From contig CAZPQW010000020.1 in assembly GCA_964588985.1 (NCBI GenBank), positions 50,937 through 61,503 on the forward strand: a DNA stretch of 10,567 nucleotides, read 5' to 3'. Positions 7,663-10,567 of the stretch are shown piece after piece; within the stretch, counting starts at the first letter, position 1; each line of letters begins with the position of its first letter. This DNA comes from an uncultured Solirubrobacteraceae bacterium (GTDB taxonomy: Bacteria; Actinomycetota; Thermoleophilia; Solirubrobacterales; Solirubrobacteraceae). The translations under genes were made by a program, and so were the position numbers. The notes beneath the pieces were generated by a model, which had not been told where the DNA came from, did not search any database, and worked only from the letters and a program-made list of their open reading frames with translations.

Positions 7663-8363
7663 GACGGCGAAGCCGGAGATCCAGCGCTCAACTCGTCTGA
7701 GAGCCGCCCGTCACGAAGCGTGTAGGCACGGTCAACGAAAGCCATCGCGCTCGGATCGTGGGTCACGAGCAAGCCGGGGATTTGTCGCTCATGGCAAACG
7801 TCTCGCAACAAGGCGAGGATCTCCCCCGTACGCTGGGAGTCGAGGTTGCCCGTCGGCTCATCGGCGAGCAGCAAACGCGGCTCGTTGACCAGCGCACGGG
7901 CTATCGCGACACGCTGGCGCTCACCCATCGACATCTCCCCCGGCTTGTGCTCGGCCCGCTCCCCCAGCCCGACGCGCTCAAGCCACGGCCATGCCATGCG
8001 ACGTGCCTCGCGCACCGTTGCTCCGCCGCCGGCCAGCTTGATCGTTGTGTTGTCCAACGCCGACATGCTGGACATGAGATGGAAGCTCTGAAAGATGAAC
8101 CCCACGTCTTCAAGGCGATAGCGCGCACTCTCGCGCTCAGAGAGCGCCCCCACATCCCGATCATCGAACAGAACACTGCCACGGTCCGGGGCGATCAGTG
8201 CCGCAGCTAGGAGCAGGAGCGTTGTCTTGCCCGCGCCGCTCGGCCCGAAGAGCGCGACGAACTCGCCGCTGCCGATGCTCAGCGATACCCCGTCAACGGC
8301 TCGCACGATCTCTGCGCCGCTGGAATAGTGCTTGACGACCTCGCCCAGCTCGAGCGTGCTCAC
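7659..8363 (-). CDS. ABC transporter ATP-binding protein, LolD/MacB type
   Basis: Start reassigned to GTG 8363 (GTGA overlap with the upstream stop), giving 234 aa. Walker A GPSGAGKTT, Q-loop GFIFQSF, signature MSMGERQR, Walker B/D-loop LLLADEPTGNLD, H-switch VTHD. Confidence 0.95.
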   Translation of the reverse strand: MSTLELGEVVKHYSSGAEIVRAVDGVSLSIGSGEFVALFGPSGAGKTTLLLLAAALIAPDRGSVLFDDRDVGALSERESARYRLEDVGFIFQSFHLMSSMSALDNTTIKLAGGGATVREARRMAWPWLERVGLGERAEHKPGEMSMGERQRVAIARALVNEPRLLLADEPTGNLDSQRTGEILALLRDVCHERQIPGLLVTHDPSAMAFVDRAYTLRDGRLSDELSAGSPASPS

Positions 8364-9109
8364 CCGCGCTCTGCGCCTGCCGCGCGGCGCCTCGGAAGCT
8401 GCACGACACTCGCCTGTTCGTCCGTGGAGCAAAGCTCGCCGTCACCGATCGACATCAACACGCCGGCACCATGCAAGGGCGTCATCTCTTCCGAGGCGAC
8501 CACGAGGGTGATGTTCTGCTCAGCAGCGAGGGAGCGCAGCAGCGCGCAGAACTCGTCCCGCTCGCTGAGACTCGGCATCGCCGCAGGCTCGTCGACCAGC
8601 AAGAGCGAGGGCTCACGGACGAGCGTGCGAGCGAGAACGACCCGCGCCTGCTCAACCAGGGACAGCGACCTCGCCGGATCATCGGCGCGACTGCTCATCC
8701 CCACGCGCGCGAGAACTCGGCGCGCGCGATATCGAGCGTCGCGCAGCGATGAGCCATAGCTACCCAGCGACAGCGCCACATAGTCGATCACGCTCTCGTT
8801 CGGGTTCGGCGACCAATCCTGAACCGACATGAGCGCAACGTCGTGACGCAAGAGCTGTTCGCGACGCACGGAGGACATGCTCGCCAGGTTGACCCCCTCA
8901 AACCGCACAGTGCCCGTCGTTGGAGCCTCAATCCCTGCCGCCACCCGCAGGAGCGTTGACTTGCCCGACCGACGCTCGCCCAGGATGCCAACGAATACAC
9001 CAGCATGGATCTCGAACGACACGCGATCGAGGACAACTACATCGCGAATACCATCGACGTAAGTCTTGCTCACATCCTCGAACGCAAGCAACGGCGGGGT
9101 CAAGGCCAT
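8360..9109 (-). CDS. ABC ATP-binding-like protein with degenerate catalytic motifs
   Basis: Start reassigned to ATG 9109 (MALTPPLLAFEDVSKTY), preceded by GGAGTAGGACG overlapping the PadR stop, giving 249 aa. Walker A GERRSGKST and Walker B LLLVDEP are present, but the signature is LSLVEQ, the D-loop AAMPS and the H-switch VVASEE. Confidence 0.9.
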   Translation of the reverse strand: MALTPPLLAFEDVSKTYVDGIRDVVVLDRVSFEIHAGVFVGILGERRSGKSTLLRVAAGIEAPTTGTVRFEGVNLASMSSVRREQLLRHDVALMSVQDWSPNPNESVIDYVALSLGSYGSSLRDARYRARRVLARVGMSSRADDPARSLSLVEQARVVLARTLVREPSLLLVDEPAAMPSLSERDEFCALLRSLAAEQNITLVVASEEMTPLHGAGVLMSIGDGELCSTDEQASVVQLPRRRAAGAERG

Positions 9110-9113
9110 CGTC

Positions 9114-9695
9114 CTACTCCGCCGCCGCGTACTCTCTGATCCGCTTGCGCGTGTGCTTGGCCCACGCGATCTCCTGTTTGAGCTGCCCATCAACAGCTTC
9201 CCTCGTGCAATCCATGAACAGCGCTTTCCACGATGGCGTCCCCTCGGGCGTCGCCGGGGTCGATAGCAACAGCTCCAGGCATTCGCGCTCGTACTGCTTC
9301 AACGCGCTCAGGAGTCGTGGAGCGTCCTGCTTGCGGGCGACCGCCAGCTTCGCCTGCAGCCCGACCCGCACTGGAGCCATCGGCACGAGCGTTTCCATCC
9401 AACGCGCGACCGCATCCTCGGTCAACTCCGTGGGGAAATACACAGCATGAGTCCCGCGCAACCCGGCCCGCTTCGGCTCCTCGCTTGACTGCACGACGCC
9501 GCTGTCCTCCATCTGCCGCAAGAGTCGATACACATCCGGCTGGCTGATCCGCCACGTCTCGCCAAGACGCGTGACCAGTCGATTTCCAAGGTCGTAGCTA
9601 TGGCCAGGTCGCTCAAGTACCAGCCCGAGCAAAGCTCCTCGGATCGACGCCGAGGGACCTCGCATCCACTTCATCTCTTCAACCGCGCCGCCCAT
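9114..9695 (-). CDS. PadR-family transcriptional regulator
   Basis: IRGALLGLVLERPGHSYDL...WRISQPDVYRLLRQMEDSGVV...VYFPTELT...RWM is a PadR wHTH; the C-terminal helical region ends QEIAWA. GAGGAG lies just before ATG 9695; a later Met start is possible. Confidence 0.9.
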   Translation of the reverse strand: MGGAVEEMKWMRGPSASIRGALLGLVLERPGHSYDLGNRLVTRLGETWRISQPDVYRLLRQMEDSGVVQSSEEPKRAGLRGTHAVYFPTELTEDAVARWMETLVPMAPVRVGLQAKLAVARKQDAPRLLSALKQYERECLELLLSTPATPEGTPSWKALFMDCTREAVDGQLKQEIAWAKHTRKRIREYAAAE

Positions 9696-9865
9696 TCGCT
9701 CCTCGTCCTAGGCCAACTCCAGACGGCGCAACCATACCCAATGAATGACACCACGAGAATCGTTCCGACTAGTTGTGATTAGGATTCTTTTTGTTTCCGC
9801 GCGGTCCAAGGGGGATTCCAACCCTGCAGCGCCGCCCCGGTCACAGGTCCCAATACACTTGGCGA

Positions 9866-10219
9866 ATGCGGTTGCGTCGCATCATGCTGGGGATTGGATT
9901 TGCGGCTGGGCTGGTGGCTGTCTACTTCGTGCCCTCGGGCAGGGTAGCGACCTACCTGATGGTGGTCTTCGCTGCCTCCATGCTCGGCGGCCTGACGATC
10001 GGCCGATGGTGGGCCGTAGCAGTCGCATTGGGGACTAACATCGTGTTCTCTGCCTTCCTCGTCTCGGTCGTCGTCTTGTTCTTCCAGGCCAGATCCCATC
10101 ACGATCTCAACAACGCGATCGCACTCGTGCTGAGCCAGATACTCATCAGCGCAGCAGCGACGGCAGCAGCGGTTTGGCTGCGGCAAAGTCTCACCAGCCC
10201 GTCCTCTGAGACCTCATAG
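9866..10219 (+). CDS. Small hypothetical membrane protein (about 4 TM helices), divergent from PadR
   Basis: In-frame ATG at 9866 (MRLRRIMLGIGFAAGLVAVYF..., 117 aa) preferred over the ORF-track TTG at 9791. Four hydrophobic stretches with short polar loops. No family recognised and no clear SD. Confidence 0.7.
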   Translation: MRLRRIMLGIGFAAGLVAVYFVPSGRVATYLMVVFAASMLGGLTIGRWWAVAVALGTNIVFSAFLVSVVVLFFQARSHHDLNNAIALVLSQILISAAATAAAVWLRQSLTSPSSETS

Positions 10220-10234
10220 CTGAGAGTCGCGCCG

Positions 10235-10449
10235 CCTCAGCAGTGACGCCGAGGTAGCGTGCGCGGGCTTCGCCCGCTGTGACCGAGCCTGCCTGCGGCT
10301 GGCTCTCTGATCGACCCCGGCACTGCGCGCCTTCGCCCTACGGGTCTGCTCACTGGACTGCTGGCTTGCGCCGCAGCCAGCAAGGCCACCGCTTCGCGGC
10401 GGCCTTCGCAGACCCATCGGCCTGCGCGTCCTCGCCTTCGGCTTCGCCG
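10235..10449 (-). other. Non-coding cluster of hairpins, mostly with C-GNA-G triloops on the minus strand (ssDNA-structure-like element)
   Basis: Minus-strand stems: CGGC-GAA-GCCG (10449-10439) overlapping GCC-GAA-GGC (10442-10434); AAGGCCGCCGC-GAA-GCGGTGGCCTT (10406-10382); TGCTGGC...GCCAGCA (10382-10359); CCC-GTA-GGG (10344-10336); GAGCCAGCC-GCA-GGCAGGCTC (10305-10285); GCGGGC-GAA-GCCCGC (10277-10263); CCTCGGC-GTCACT-GCTGAGG (10254-10235). Confidence 0.75.
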
Positions 10450-10487
10450 CGCCCAGCGCACAGCACCAATGCCGAACAGACTAGATG

Positions 10488-10520
10488 CATGGCTGTGCCA
10501 TGACTGTGCGATCGCTGTGC
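10488..10520. repeat. Three tandem 11-bp imperfect direct repeats
   Basis: CATGGCTGTGC (10488-10498), CATGACTGTGC (10499-10509), GATCGCTGTGC (10510-10520). The CTGTGC core is invariant at 11-bp phasing. Confidence 0.8.
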
Positions 10521-10567
10521 AATTCGTTGGATGCTTCTATGTTGTCAAGGGCGTTTTTGCGAAGTGT

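Noticed and set aside
6776-7888. 370-aa plus-strand ORF, and other antisense ORFs such as 2991-3665 and 2460-2987
   Set aside because: Antisense to well-supported genes, with the Ser/Arg/Pro/Thr-rich composition typical of GC-rich shadow frames.
8364-9193. ORF-track N-terminal extensions of both ATPases (starts 8432 and 9193)
   Set aside because: They overlap upstream genes by 70-80 bp and encode low-complexity Arg/Ser peptides. The coupled starts at 8363 and 9109 fit the domain boundaries.
9779-10186. 135-aa minus-strand ORF with an N-terminal CCRRCC
   Set aside because: Antisense to the membrane-protein ORF; the Cys cluster is just the reverse complement of its Ala-codon run (gcagcagcg).
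10235-10449. Hairpin cluster as tRNA, integron attC or a simple intrinsic terminator
   Set aside because: No cloverleaf with T-loop and CCA, no RYYYAAC...GTTRRRY ends, and no U-tract after any stem. One stem might still terminate the membrane-protein transcript, but that does not explain the whole array.
10214-10503. Small ORFs over the hairpin cluster (10214-10417, 10237-10461, 10279-10503)
   Set aside because: Arg/Ala-rich with no SD or motif; better explained by GC-rich inverted repeats.

Overview
GC-rich actinobacterial-type DNA, most like Thermoleophilia/Solirubrobacterales by gene style (inference). Almost everything is on the minus strand. From right to left: a PadR regulator, a degenerate ABC ATPase, an intact LolD/MacB-type ATPase, an 854-aa double-FtsX (type VII) permease, a DUF2600/YtpB-like class IB terpene synthase, a coiled-coil hypothetical protein translationally coupled to a TetR with an extra C-terminal winged HTH, and then a lower-GC secreted protein with its own sigma70-type promoter. 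That last gene (>=677 aa) is missing from the ORF track because it runs off the left edge. It has a signal peptide, a 10-Cys unknown domain, an FN3-like domain and 45-aa lectin-propeller-like repeats. A small 4-TM gene is divergent from PadR. It is followed by a non-coding cluster of minus-strand GNA-triloop hairpins and three phased 11-bp repeats, which suggests a single-stranded-DNA functional element. The main candidate system is a terpenoid make-export-sense module (terpene synthase + type VII ABC exporter with a pseudo-ATPase + PadR/TetR).
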